The translations under genes were made by a program, and so were the position numbers. This document shows, piece after piece, positions 13,407 to 26,099 of a stretch of 64,000 bases of DNA (the first letter of the stretch is position 1; every line of letters starts with the position of its first letter). This stretch comes from Antedon mediterranea (Eukaryota > Animalia > Echinodermata): assembly GCF_964355755.1 (NCBI RefSeq), contig NC_092675.1, positions 16,836,912 to 16,900,911 on the forward strand, given 5' to 3'. A model generated the notes under the pieces. That model saw only the letters and a list, made by a program, of their open reading frames with translations. It was not told the origin of the DNA and searched no databases.

Positions 13407-15370
13407 TAGACAGGTTCCATTTCTGAAAAAACGGCCTAGAAAACGAATCAAGAAGCATTTTTGGGTAGAAGCTGGGATCCACTTGATTTAGGATATTTCG
13501 ACCTCGCTGATTACGAATATGGCGGATACCAAGCGAAATTCGGCCATCTAAGCCCTTAATTTGCATAATTAAAAATGGCGGCAATTTTTTATAATTACCC
13601 TATATCTCGAGAACCACTAGTCACAGATAATTAATTTTGGTGTCAAAATGTTTTAAATATATGTTTTTATATTCACTTAAATGATACATTTTCTCAAAAA
13701 ATTGATGCAAGTCTTATTTCTGATATTTTGACCTTTGACCTTGATTTATCGTATCTCAGTAACCAATAATCGGAGAGACACGAAATAGGGCTCAAATTGT
13801 TCAGAAACTATACATTCATATTTATTATAATGAAATGTTTTTACAAAAAATGGCCGATTCTACAACTATTGACCTTTGAACTATTAGTCAAATATAATAA
13901 TATAACTAACTGACAATTTTGGTCTTATGACATTTTTTTTCTTTTTAAATTGTTTTAAGTGTTTCTATTCAGTCTAATGGCACATTTTGTACAAGAATGA
14001 CCGATAGTATGGTTATTGACCTTTGAACTACAGCATAGGCCTACTGTATAATAAATATAATATAATTGCATAACTATGAAATTATTTATACACAATAATA
14101 ATTAGTAAAATTATAAAATTCACTGCCATCAAATATGATGTATTATGATTTATGTATATTTAAAAAAAAAATGAACATGCAAGTTACATTTGGAAATTAC
14201 CTGCTATCAATATGATGGAGTATGATTATAGATTTTTAAAGATGTGAACATGTCAGCAACATTTGGAAATTACCTGCCATCAATATGATGGATTATGATT
14301 ATAGATTTAAAAAAGAATTTGAACACGTTAGCTACATTTGGAAATTTGGAAATTACCTGCTATCAATATGATGGATTATGATTGTATAGGTTTGAAAGAA
14401 AATGTGAACACGTAAGCTACATTTGAAAATTACCTGCCATCAATATGATGGATTATGATTTTAGATTTTTAAAGATGTAATCCATCATATTGATGGCAGG
14501 TAATTTCCAAATGTAGCTGACATGTTCACATCTTTAAAAATCTATAATCATACTCCATCATATTGATGGCAGGTAATTTCAAATTTCAACAAATGTAACT
14601 TGCGTGTTCAAATTTTTTTTAAATCTATATAAATCATAATACATCATATTTGATGGCAGTGAATTTTATAATTTTATGTGTATAAATAATTTCATAGTTA
14701 TGCAATTATATTTAGTATACAGTATGCCTATGCTGTAGTTTAAAGGTCAATAACCATACTATCGGCTATTCTTGTACAAAATGTGCCATTAGACTGGATA
14801 GAAACACACATGTTTTAAACAATTTAAAACGAAAAAAAAATTCATATGACCACAATTTTCAAAGTTATATTATTATTATATTTTTATATTTGACTAATAG
14901 TTCAAAGGTCAATAGTTGTAGAATCGGCCATTTTTTGTAAAAACATTTTATTATAATAAATATGAATGTATAGTTTCTGAACAATTTGAGCCCTATTTCG
15001 TGTCTCTCCGATTATTGGTTACTGAGATACGATAAATCAAGGTCAAAGGTCAAAATGTCAGAAATAAGACTTGCATCCATTTTTTGAGAAAATGTGTCAT
15101 TAAAGTGAATAAAAAAACATATATTTAAAACATTTTGACACCAAAATTAATTATCTGTGACTAGTGGTTCTCGAGATATAGGGTAATTAAAAAAAATGGC
15201 CGCCATTTTTAATTATGCAAATTAAGGGCTTAGATGGCCGAATTTTGCTTGGGATCCGCCATATTCGTAATCAGCGAGGTTGAAATATCCTAAATCAAGT
15301 GGATCCCAGCTTCTACCCAAAAATGCTTCTTACACCATATCCATGTTTCAGAGGAAATAGAACTTGTCTA
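13407..15370. mobile_element. ~2-kb foldback (near-perfect palindrome) non-autonomous DNA transposon with TAG...CTA ends (Academ-like)
   Basis: Left arm TAGACAGGTTCCATTTC...AAGAAGCATTTTTGGGTAGAAGCTGGGATCC... is the reverse complement of the right arm ending GAACTTGTCTA. Symmetry centre about 14480 within ~60-bp tandem repeats. No clear TSD. Superfamily inferred from TAG termini. Confidence 0.8.
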
Positions 15371-16209
15371 ATGGGGCAAAACAAATAAGTTGCAGCAAGA
15401 CTAAAATAGAACATCCGGTTGCAATGGATTGCTAAACATCCACCATATTATGTACCGGTAATTATACCTTATAAAATATTTCGAAAAATGTAATACTCCA
15501 GTACATCTTGTCTAATAACTATCGATGAAACGAAAACAATATACACGCAACCGATTTAAGATAATAATTCTTTTTTAAATCAGACTGTAAAAACAGTAAA
15601 GTAAGAAAATAACTATTCTCGAATTAAATATTATGTGAGGCGTATACGCAGATGCCTGCGGCCCCTGGTTTGTGGCCCTCCAACTTGAGGCCTCCGACGT
15701 TTTTAACATTTTCGACATATTTGAATGCCTGATTTTTCCTCTTGGCACTGCTCAGGGGACCATAAGCTCCAATCCGATTATTCGATGTTTCGAAACAGTA
15801 GGCCTACTTTTGTTTATTTTGTTATTTTTTTTGACATGGAAAAAAAAAATTAAATTTTTTTTACATATTTTTTTTTTTGGTTTTTCGAAATTTCAAAATT
15901 TTTTTTTTTGGTTTATTATTAGCTATAGCTCACTATGTGTGTCATTCATGTGACAGGATTAGGCTTACGTACCTTTCGGCTATTTTCGGCTGGTCTCGGT
16001 TATTTTCGGTTGTTTTTTTTGTGTTTCCGCGGTGAATACACGCATCACACGCGTGGTACATGAATACTAAGTACGGTATGCCCTAGATCTACTATAAAAT
16101 AGTATCATCCATTTATTAATGTTATTTCGATTATAATATTCCGTGTAACCTAACGTGTTTGTTCTTTTTATTAATTTATTCGTCAAGTAGTAGACAGATT
16201 TGAGTTAAA

Positions 16210-17758
16210 ATGACTGATTGGACCAAAGAAAAGACAGTAGAATATATTACTATTCAAAAACATTTGCATACAAAGGAAAAACTAGGAGAATATTATGATG
16301 AATGGGCTCCAAATTATGATCAAGTAAGTATGTTCTTATTTAATTTTCTTAGTGTCGGAAGGTATAAAAAGATATATTTGATAGAATCCGTTGCAGTGAG
16401 TGAGATTTACAAATAATCAGTATTCTATATTTTACTTTATATAATCAATTATTTACTCTAGGCGCTACCTTGACTAACTAACTATAGTACATCTTAAATT
16501 TGAACTAAAATTTAAAACATCTTTACTATTTTAGGCAGTGTCATCAATGGGTTATATTGGTCCTTCTATCACTTCCAATTTGCTTCAGAAATATGTTAAC
16601 TCCAAAAACGCGTTAATATTTGATGTTGCATCAGGCACAGGCCTCGTAGGTGAGGTGGTAAGTATACGTTATATATAAATCAGGGGTGGCGTTGGTGGGG
16701 GTCGGTCGGGGATGGTTGGGGGTGGAGGGCTTTGATGAGAGTTATATTATATCTTAGGAAAACTGTCGTCTCAAATATTATTAAAGCAAATAAAATAACC
16801 ACGCGATCTGTCCATGACCAGACCATGGCCCAATAACTTTCCCTGAATATACAGAAAAATTCCATGACGTCATCTCAGGCGTTGCATGAATTGGTGCCTA
16901 GTTAATTTATTATGCACTTAATTTTGATACGCAATCCTACTGTAGTTTTTCAAACTGAAACTGCCAATGATATTTATTACATCACTACGATACCCAACCC
17001 CTCCCCTCTACACCACTGGTTTCATAGTTTGTTCTCGTGTACAATTTCAGCTGGCTAATTGTGGCTACTCTAGCATTGATGCAGTTGATGGCAGTGCAGC
17101 AAGTATAGAAGTAGCTCGTAAAAAGAACATCTATACAAATCTATATGTCCAATGGCTTGGAGGTGACAACAAATTGAATATTAAAAATGGTAAATATCAG
17201 TTCCGATATAAAAACACTCAAATAAAATTTCGACTCGATTACAGTGTTGGATTCGTGTATAATTTTTCTTACATTGCATTTATAAAGCATTTTGCTAAAT
17301 TTATGCCTATTAATATTTAACAGTGTTATCTTAACTAAATATTTCAGACAGATATGATGCTATAGTGTGCGCCGGTGCCTTTGCTTATAATCATCTAAAA
17401 TCAGACGTATTTCCAGAACTTATTCGAGTTACTAAACCAGGTATGAGTTAGTCTTTAAAAGACAACATTATTCGAGTTTTATCAACTTTAATGTGTAAAC
17501 CAATATTATGGAATGATAAAAGAATATAAAAATAATAATTTATTATTTATATTATTATTATACTAAATAGGGGGTTATATTTTGATCACTATGCGAACAC
17601 GGTGGTTGAGGATTGAGGCAACCTTCTCCAATGGAAAATTAGAAGCGGACATGAAAAAACACGAAAAAGAAGGGAAATGGAAATTGGTTGAGAAAAAAGT
17701 TAAGGAGGAAGAAGACAGTGAGCAGAATGTAGTAACATTTGTTCATCAAGTTTGCTAA
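16210..17758 (+). CDS. METTL27-like: METTL27/WBSCR27-like methyltransferase, copy 2 (intact, compact introns, ~218 aa)
   Basis: Exons 16210-16323, 16535-16657, 17051-17189, 17348-17440, 17571-17758. All GT-AG, frame continuous. YYDEWAPNYD, IFDVASGTGLVG, YDAIVCAGAF, ELIRVTKPGG. Confidence 0.9.
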
Positions 17759-20700
17759 ATAACATTATGTTTTGTACTTGTCACCTAGTTTTGTTTAGTA
17801 TTATTGTATGCTTTTGAAAATATCATGTACTTGCTTAATAAGTTACAATACAATTTTAAAATCATCATAGTTACTGTAGTAAAATCAAATTGTATAATAA
17901 TAAAATATGTCATAAAAACAGTTACCTAATTAATTACAACATTAAAATAATTAGGTAAAGGTAATAGTAACAACAATTACAATTTGACAGATGAATTCAA
18001 TGGTATTCAGTACCGGTATTTATTTTTTATTCATTTTAAAATTGTAGGCCTATTGTAACTGATTAGGCAAGTACGTACTCTTTAGAATTGAATACATTTA
18101 CAAAAGACTAGATCAATTAAACATTTCTATTGCATTTTCTAATGTGGTAACTTTTATATTATTTTAAATATATAGCTTTTTTGTTTTAAAAGAGGCAGTA
18201 ACTAAAACAATTTTTTCCGATCTAATAAAATCATAATCATGAATGAAATGTCTTTTGTTCAACTTCTAAATATATGAATGCTGACAGGAAGCAATAAAAT
18301 AGTGAACATTTTAAATACAAAAAAAAAATCAGCGGCATCCGGTAATAATATAAAATGTTTGGTTTGAAGACTCCAAATATAGCTCTTTCAATTTGATTTA
18401 ACTTTGTTAATATTCTTGTTTTGACATTTGACCCAAACCCCACTTCTACCCTTCCTTTCGCTTCGATAACAATTACTATAACCGTAATGACATCTAGGCC
18501 TACATACTTATTTTATGAATGATTTGGTCAAGGGTTTACACGTGGAGATATATATGACACATGTCAGTAAATCCATATTTGTATAATAGAGATAATTACT
18601 TTGACCTGATTCATTCATTCTTTCAAGTGACCAAATTTTTCCATGACGATTTATACGTGTCAGCTTGACACAAGTCCTTGGCGTGTCAGCTGTAACAGTT
18701 ATGTACACACACGTGCTTTATGTTTCCAGCCAGGACGGGAAATAGACGCATTGTGCGATTTTCAACAATAGGTACGGTACTCACACGATTATTATAGTCA
18801 ATTGTAAGTAGGCCTATGTCTCATTATGCATGTTGAATATGCGAATATATTCTTTCCCATTTTATCTACGCAATTGATTGAATTCTCAGTGTTCTTCATA
18901 ACAAAGAATGCGTTTTAAATTGAACTCGCAACAATTTTACTCCATTTTACTCGTACATATTGTAGGATAGGGAATTAGATTAGGTGTCAGACGACTACGC
19001 AAACTATCTACATTCTAGTCTAGACACTGGCTTTACCGGCGGAATGCAATTAGGCTCTTTCTGAGTTTATTTATTCCAAGTGAGCGTGGCGTTGTTCTAA
19101 AATTTTAGGGACCCCCGTAACAGAGTGCACCCCCGTAACAAAGTGCACCCCCGTAACAGAGTGCACCCCCTATTGAATTACAAATGACGTCACAACCTAA
19201 TTAGCATACTGTATCCGCCCATAATTTTTAGTATCCCCTCTCGCTCGTACGTAATGTCAAGTGACATTTTATATTTAGATGTCTACCGCTCCCGCACAAC
19301 TTATGTAGCCTATAGGTCTTTAGTACAGTAATAATAACAAAAATACTACTGTTCATGTACCTACATTATCCAGAAATGTACCATGCAATGATTGTTTATC
19401 GAGAAAATAACCTAGGCCTCTTACGCGGAAGTCAGATATCTCTGAATCGAAACAGCCGAGCCTGCTGTAGCTGCTTATAGCTGTGATGTGAACTAGGCTG
19501 GCTAGCCGGGTCAGTCTAATTACCGAAAACAACCGAAAACAACCGAAAACAACCGAAAATAACCGAAAACAACCCTAAACAACCGAAAACAAACCGGAAA
19601 CAACCGAAAACAAACCGGAAACAAACCGAAAACAAACTAAAAAAAATCTAATTACCGAAAACAAATTTTTTTTACGTCGCCCTCTATATTAATGATATAT
19701 TGAAGTAGATAGCACTGCGTTACTACACGTGAGCCTTGGTTTGGTTGTCAGGATCTGACGAGTATTCGGCACCAAAATCAGGGTCGGATCCAGGATTTTG
19801 AAATAGGGAGGTGTGGGGGGGGGGGGAGGGGGAGGGGAGCAAAGGTAAAGTTTTCCCCTATGACATGTTCATTTCAAACTGAGAAGCAAAAAGCAAAGCT
19901 AAATACGTCAGAGGTGTTTTTTTGTTTTATAGTAGGCCTATACCCCCACCCCACAAATAATCCACTGAAAATTAATTCAATAGTAATTTATTAAACTTTG
20001 TTATTCGGTGGCCATATAACAGCTAGTAGGCCTACTAAGAGATTTGTAATGCCTGAGATGATCATTGTGGGTGGGTGGGTTTAGTTCTGATCAAATGATA
20101 AGAAGTATTGGAACCATGGTGGGGCCTGTGGCGAAGCTAATTTACTCCCATGACACCCCTAGCTAGATGGCCGGAAATGGGTACTCTCGCGCGTAAAATT
20201 CATGAAAAATGGAACCTCATATCATTTGACGTTATTTTAATGTTGATTCTTGAATTTATTTGTTCACTAAACGAATAACTGTAATTTATTTGAATGCAAA
20301 TAGAGAGAAAATGATGCCTATGTGCTCACGCATGAATTTGTTCAAAGTACTTGTTTCATTAAAAAATCACTTTAAAAGAAAGAGTATAGCTAGCCTTCTG
20401 GTGTAATGCCCAATTCACCACTAGACTTTACAAGTATTGTAATACAAATTAAAGATCATGGAACATGGTATTTGATGTATAACGTTTTTTGGCTGATTTG
20501 GGTCTGAATATGTTGATTTTATTAGTACGTTTTGATAAAATAAATTCTATAAGCGTAAATTATGAATTTTTTATGATTTACATACATCGGAGTTTATATC
20601 TCCGAAGTCGAATTTGGAAGCAGGAAATCCAAGGCGATAAATCGTGACGTCATAAGATGAACACACACTGCACTGCTGGTCGCGACGCATCTCTCTATTG

Positions 20701-21506
20701 TATACAAACTGTACTGTATCGGCAAGATGTCAACACGTATTGTGTACGATCTCGACAGTTCGGAGTCTGATTTTGAAGAGGAAACTATCCATTATGAATT
20801 CTAAATTGATGAAGATGAAGGAGACGACGTTATGGATACGCAAGAAAGTGTTATTGAATGCAATTAATTCAACCGTAGGCCTATATGAGAGCCCGATCTC
20901 ACCGATTCTGAAGGCGAGGCGGACCAACGCGAAGGCGGCGAAGAACGTCGTGGGGAAATTGACCAGACCAACAATACTGTACATGGTCCTAGGCCTAGGT
21001 TTACATTTTCAATTACGGACCCAAACTTTGGAATGGTTAGTTACAGTCAGTTATACGAATGCATTATTATCGTGTTTTTAAACGCAATAAAAAAATTAGT
21101 AAAACTGAAGTTGTTGTGTCGATTAACTAAATAAAAGGTAGGCCTAGGCCCTCTAGGTAGTACTTCTTTCTAGTATAGTAGAGTAGTAGGCCTAGGTGAT
21201 TAATTCGGTTTTAAAATCAGCAACACAAAGGGCCTAGGCTAGTAGTACTGTGTTGAAAGCCCCAGCATAATAGTTCAGGTGGGGAGTTGTTCTGCCCTCA
21301 TAAAAATGAAGCTTGTGCACAAGCTGACTGCAATAATTTGTAAGTTGCATTGACAGATTGCACTATATATATTCTCTATTGATTTGAACAAAAATTGAAC
21401 CATTTGAAATTTGCTTTAGAAAAGTCAAATTATAAATTATATAATCTTATTGCACTTTTACAAATGATTTTGTTCTTACTTACAGTACCGTATTATTATT
21501 TCGCAG

Positions 21507-21664
21507 CGTATGTGGATGACCTCATCTTGGAGGTAATGAGCATTGTTGAAGGGACAGCAGAAGATGTTGATGCGCCACCCCAACTCTGTTCAGGATTTGA
21601 ACGCCCCGACAAAGAGACCGCTATTGCCAACCACTTCACAAGATTTCCAAATGTGAACAACTAA
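21507..21664 (+). pseudogene. Kolobok transposase C-terminal exon remnant
   Basis: After acceptor TTTCGCAG: YVDDLILEV...PPQLCSGFERPDKETAIANHFTRF, resembling Kolobok transposase C-termini (recalled, not searched). The catalytic core is absent. Confidence 0.55.
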
Positions 21665-22052
21665 GGCAAAAATTATGCAGTAAATAAATCAGCAGCCAAA
21701 AGGTCCACTGATCAACTTCAAATAAGAAGTATAATACATACTCCAAGAAATGAAATACATTCCATCATGCTTTTTATTATAAATCATTATTTCGTTTTTT
21801 TAGTGAAAGATTAAAAGCCATTTGTTTATGTGGATACAGCGCCACAATCCAGAGCCAACAGTTTTATAAACAAAATAATCACTTGTGTGCATAATTTTTT
21901 AATAAATTGTGTCAGAGAAATGTATATTTTATTTCTATTTGATCATTTTATTTCTATCAGATACAGTGTACAATACTTTCCTTTATGAAGTACAGTAAAT
22001 AATTGTGTGTGGTTAATTGTAATCTCAATACAAGTTGGTGCTAAATGTTTAC

Positions 22053-22467
22053 TCAATCCAAAAATCCAGCAAACTGGAAATCATCTTCCATACCTGGTGG
22101 TGGGAAGTGGGCTCTTATGCAGGAAACGGCACATGATGGTAAGACTACCCTTAGGTTTCGGCCCAAAAACCCCCAACACCATCTGGCGAGTTGCCGGTAC
22201 GCAATATGTCTCAGACGTTTATGTTTTGAGGCTTCAACAGGTGTGTCATACTGTTGGCGGTAATGCAGCCATGCAATTTCCAACACATGCAAATTCAAAC
22301 AGGCAGCAGTGAATCCAGGATGTTCAGTGATGCATATGTAGGCTTCTCCGTATTGTAAATTGTCTGACCTTCCTCCAGCCTATGATTAATAAATAATAGG
22401 GCCTACTTCCTGGCAACATCGACATTCGCGATACGTGGGTAGCATCTGGCAATGGCCACAATCACAC
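22053..22467 (-). pseudogene. KolX (P2X7 C-terminal-like Cys-rich domain) exon, frameshifted
   Basis: CDCGHCQMLPTYRECRCCQE...CITEHPGFTAACLNLHVL...RHIAYRQLARWCWGFLGRNLRVVLPSCAVSCIRAHFP...F.GF, preceded by a CAG acceptor at about 22468-22470. Confidence 0.85.
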
Positions 22468-23873
22468 CTGTATTATAAAAACAAAAATATTTTGTAATAA
22501 TAATATTGTAGCGCTCTAGAGCGCTACAATATTCTGAGATGTCACAATTTATAGGGCGCTATATTAAATATTTTTAAAGTTTTAGTGATTATTAATGATT
22601 AATTTAATGTATTGTGTGTGAAATAGGAAAATAAATCTGCATCTTGGCTAGCCTTAGGGGTGGGCCTATCTATCTAGGCCTATTTCAAACAACAAAGTGC
22701 AAAATTGTTGAATAAAATGGTCAGTCTAATACCGTAATGTACATTTTTGCTTTCTACGATTCAATTTAGCCTAATCTTTATTTCGTTAAAAAAATTCAAT
22801 CTAGGCCGTAGGCTTATAGACGATAGCCGACCGTCGCCGGTGAGAGGGCTAGCCGCATGAATTGGAGTAGAGTACAGCAGTAGGGCCTAGCCTCTATCTA
22901 GGCTAGGCCTAACTAAGCCACAATACACACACTGGCATGACGAAAGAATATCGTAGTTATCTACTAGGGAATTGTTAATTATACAATAAAGTTATACATT
23001 AATTTTTAATAAAAGAGATAGTACTACTAACCAATTTAATAACTGGGTTTGAAGTTGAATATTCTCTGCTTGAATTGTAGGTAGGCCTACCTAGGCCTAG
23101 GCCTAGGTGACGGTCACCGTCGCCATCTTCTGATGATGAAGAATCGTCAGAACCACAATCGGGCTCGTACATGTACGGCCGAATTAATTTCATCGACATT
23201 CCATTCAATATTTCGATTGTTAAACAAAATAGTTTCTCCTTCATTCTCCTCAGTTTCGCATTCCACTATCAATGTTTCCTCTTCTAATTCCTCTGACGAA
23301 GAACTGTCAAAATCATACGCAATACGTGTTGACATCCTAGTTTGTACAGTACACAACTCAGGCGGGCGAAAAAGTTTCTTCATCTTATGACGTCACTATC
23401 AGAGGTTACCGGAAAATGCCGAAAAAACCCGAATAGTCGTGAACTGAGAGCAGTTGCGCGAAATAGCAGAAAACACTTTAATTATGTCCTGAAAACTTTT
23501 AATTTATTGTCTGTTTAATATCCATCAAGGAGAACAACTATAATACTACTATTTTACATAAACATCAAATACCATGTTCCATGATCTTTAAAATCAAGGT
23601 TAGAATAAAAAAAATAAATAAATAAAGTTAATAAAACATTTATTAAATAAGTTAAATTCTTAATTCCAGCAGTGTGCGTTTTAGAGAGGATTCATTTTAA
23701 GTGCCCTTTTGCAGCGACAGCTTAATTTTGATTAAGTTGTTTAACAATTAAACGTAATGTTGTTCCCCCTGATTAATGAGTTAATGAATGTTTTTCTCCG
23801 TTGAAATATATATATATATAATAGTCTGACAAAAATTATGACAGGAAGTGAAAACACAAACATGTTACATTAA

Positions 23874-24499
23874 AGACCCCTTCCCTGCAATTTTGGACGT
23901 TTTTTGGAAAATAATACATATATATCACTTTAAAAACATTAAACCATGTCATTCCTTGTCTTAAATGTACGTTTTATGGTAAATTATGATAAAAAGTGAG
24001 AAACAATGCACTACCTAAGTAGCTCGCGGCGATCGACCTCTTGTGGACGGTCTTAGGCCTAGCCTAGCTATGCTTAGTTTTGTAGGCCTAGCTGGTAAAC
24101 ATCGATAACGTACGAACATCGTACGCTAGCTATATACCTAGCCTGACGTTGTATAGTTGCTGCATTAATTGTCTTTCTATTTTTGCCAGACTCCGTTGAT
24201 ACAAATTGGGGAAAACCCGGTATTTTCGCTGAAAAGTTAGGAGTCTTCCATTTGTTTTGGCTTCACGATCGATCGAAAAGTGGGCGAATTACAGGTGAAA
24301 AACAAAAATATCAATCCGCGCGCAATGCATTTTGGGATTTATAGCGGGCCGCTATAATTATTAGAATCGATTTATTTTTCACATTTTTAACCGTTTAAAG
24401 ACGAAAAAAGTTATCGCAATAGAACCATATAGTATTATTTTCACATTAAATATAGTTTGTGATCTTAAATTAGATCTAAAAAACGTAGGGAATGGGGCT
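23874..24499. mobile_element. Kolobok-type MITE
   Basis: TTAA flanks. Imperfect TIR AGACCCCTTCCCT versus AGCCCCATTCCCT. Confidence 0.6.
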
Positions 24500-26099
24500 T
24501 TAACTTGTAAATCTTTATTAACCTTAGGCCTAATCATATTGAGAGAACATGAGAACACAACTCAAGTCTGTAACATCTTTTTAGTACTAAATTTAATTTT
24601 GTTTTCGAGGTACAAACTCGATTAAAGATCAGATGTATTATCAACATCTAGCCATGTTTGTTTAACTACAACAAACTAAATTTAAATAACATAGTGTAGT
24701 AAATAAATAACATTTTTCATGTTTTAAATAATACATGAGAACACAACTGAAAATCTGTAACATAATTCCTAGTGTTAAAGCGAATTTACGATTTGCACCG
24801 AATAGAGGTGTTTTTCACAAACTGTTTTACATATAAACACAATATACACAAATAAACGTCGTAGAAGTGGTGTATTATTGTCATGCGGTACGTACATTTG
24901 AAATCGCTGAAATTATACTATGTATTCGAGAACCATCCCTAGTTGTTAAAATTGTTATAAAATATTTAAAAATATTTTAGAAGTGATTATATCGAATTAC
25001 AGTACTTAAAAATGCTTATATTAAAATGGTTATATATTATGCGTGGTGCGTGCGAGTGTTAGGCTACTATTATGTAGTTTCTTTTATATTATATGTAGGA
25101 ATACTTTAACTTTCCAACTTGTATCTTTAAAACCTTATTTCATGTTTTTTTCTTTATGATAATGTTTTATTTTTCAAAGGGTCTTACGACTACAGAAAAT
25201 TCCTTGTCTCTGTAAGATTCATGTAACATATAATATATTAGATATCTAACATATTGTAGATTCTGTAAGTAAATGCACGGTGTTATCATTGAGTTTGTAC
25301 GATATTGAGTTAAATTTTGTGCACACTTCCATTTCGTATGGTCTCTATCTCCTTGGCTTTGCGCGCGCGGTCTTGTTGGCTTTAGAAACACCTATCAATA
25401 GAGGGCGACATTTAAAAAATATACTGTAGAAATTTGTTTGGCGTGCGAGGTCAATATAGTAGCTGCATCAAATTTGTTTTCGGTATTTAGATATTGTTAT
25501 TTTGTTTTCGGTTTGTTTTCGGTTGTTTTTGGTTGTTTATGGTTGTTTTCAATTGTTTATGGTTGTTTTCGGTTGTTTTCGGTTGTTTTCGGTTGTTTTC
25601 GGTAATTAGACTGACCGGGCTAGCCTGGCCAACAGCGACCGATTGTGGAGATACATTTTTAGTAACTCTTTTAAAAGTTGCTAGGACTGGGAAGGTTGGA
25701 ATGATCCACGCCTCCCTACGAAATAGACCAACTTAAGAATATAAAATTGAACAGTTTTCTCACATCCTGTAATACATTATTATACTATAAATCATGAATT
25801 GTGGCTAATTCTTTAGGCCTACGATAGACAATATAAAAAACGCACCGTAAAAACTAATCTGTAACCATGTGAATGACATAATCTAATACACGGCAATTGA
25901 CGAGTTAATATTCCCAATATTGTGACAAATGTCTGTACCCTCGTGACAGGGTACAATTATAACAGTACGGTAATCACTCTAGTAGGCTTAGGTATAACCT
26001 CGGTGTCTACAATATTATGTACCCCGTGACAGATTGCACCCCTATACCCCTAATATAACAGTTAATAGGCCTACTATAGTAGGATACAATATTTTACGG

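Larger units (their letters stand above)
20453..23587. mobile_element. Internally deleted Kolobok DNA transposon
   Basis: TTAA flanks (20449-20452, 23588-23591), 26-bp TIR AGATCATGGAACATGGTATTTGATGT, and convergent remnants of a transposase tail (+) and a KolX Cys-rich gene (-). Confidence 0.85.
19508..25617. mobile_element. MuDR/Merlin-like non-autonomous element with (AACCGAAAAC)n subterminal arrays
   Basis: TIR GGTCAGTCTAATTACCGAAAAC / GTTTTCGGTAATTAGACTGACC. 8-bp direct repeat GGCTAGCC at 19500-19507 and 25618-25625. Inverted TCGCCCTCTA/TAGAGGGCGA further inside. Confidence 0.8.

Noticed and set aside
22053-22467. Host P2X7 purinergic receptor gene
   Set aside because: Only the Cys-rich C-terminal-like domain is present. 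It is frameshifted and lies inside TTAA-flanked TIRs, which fits Kolobok KolX.
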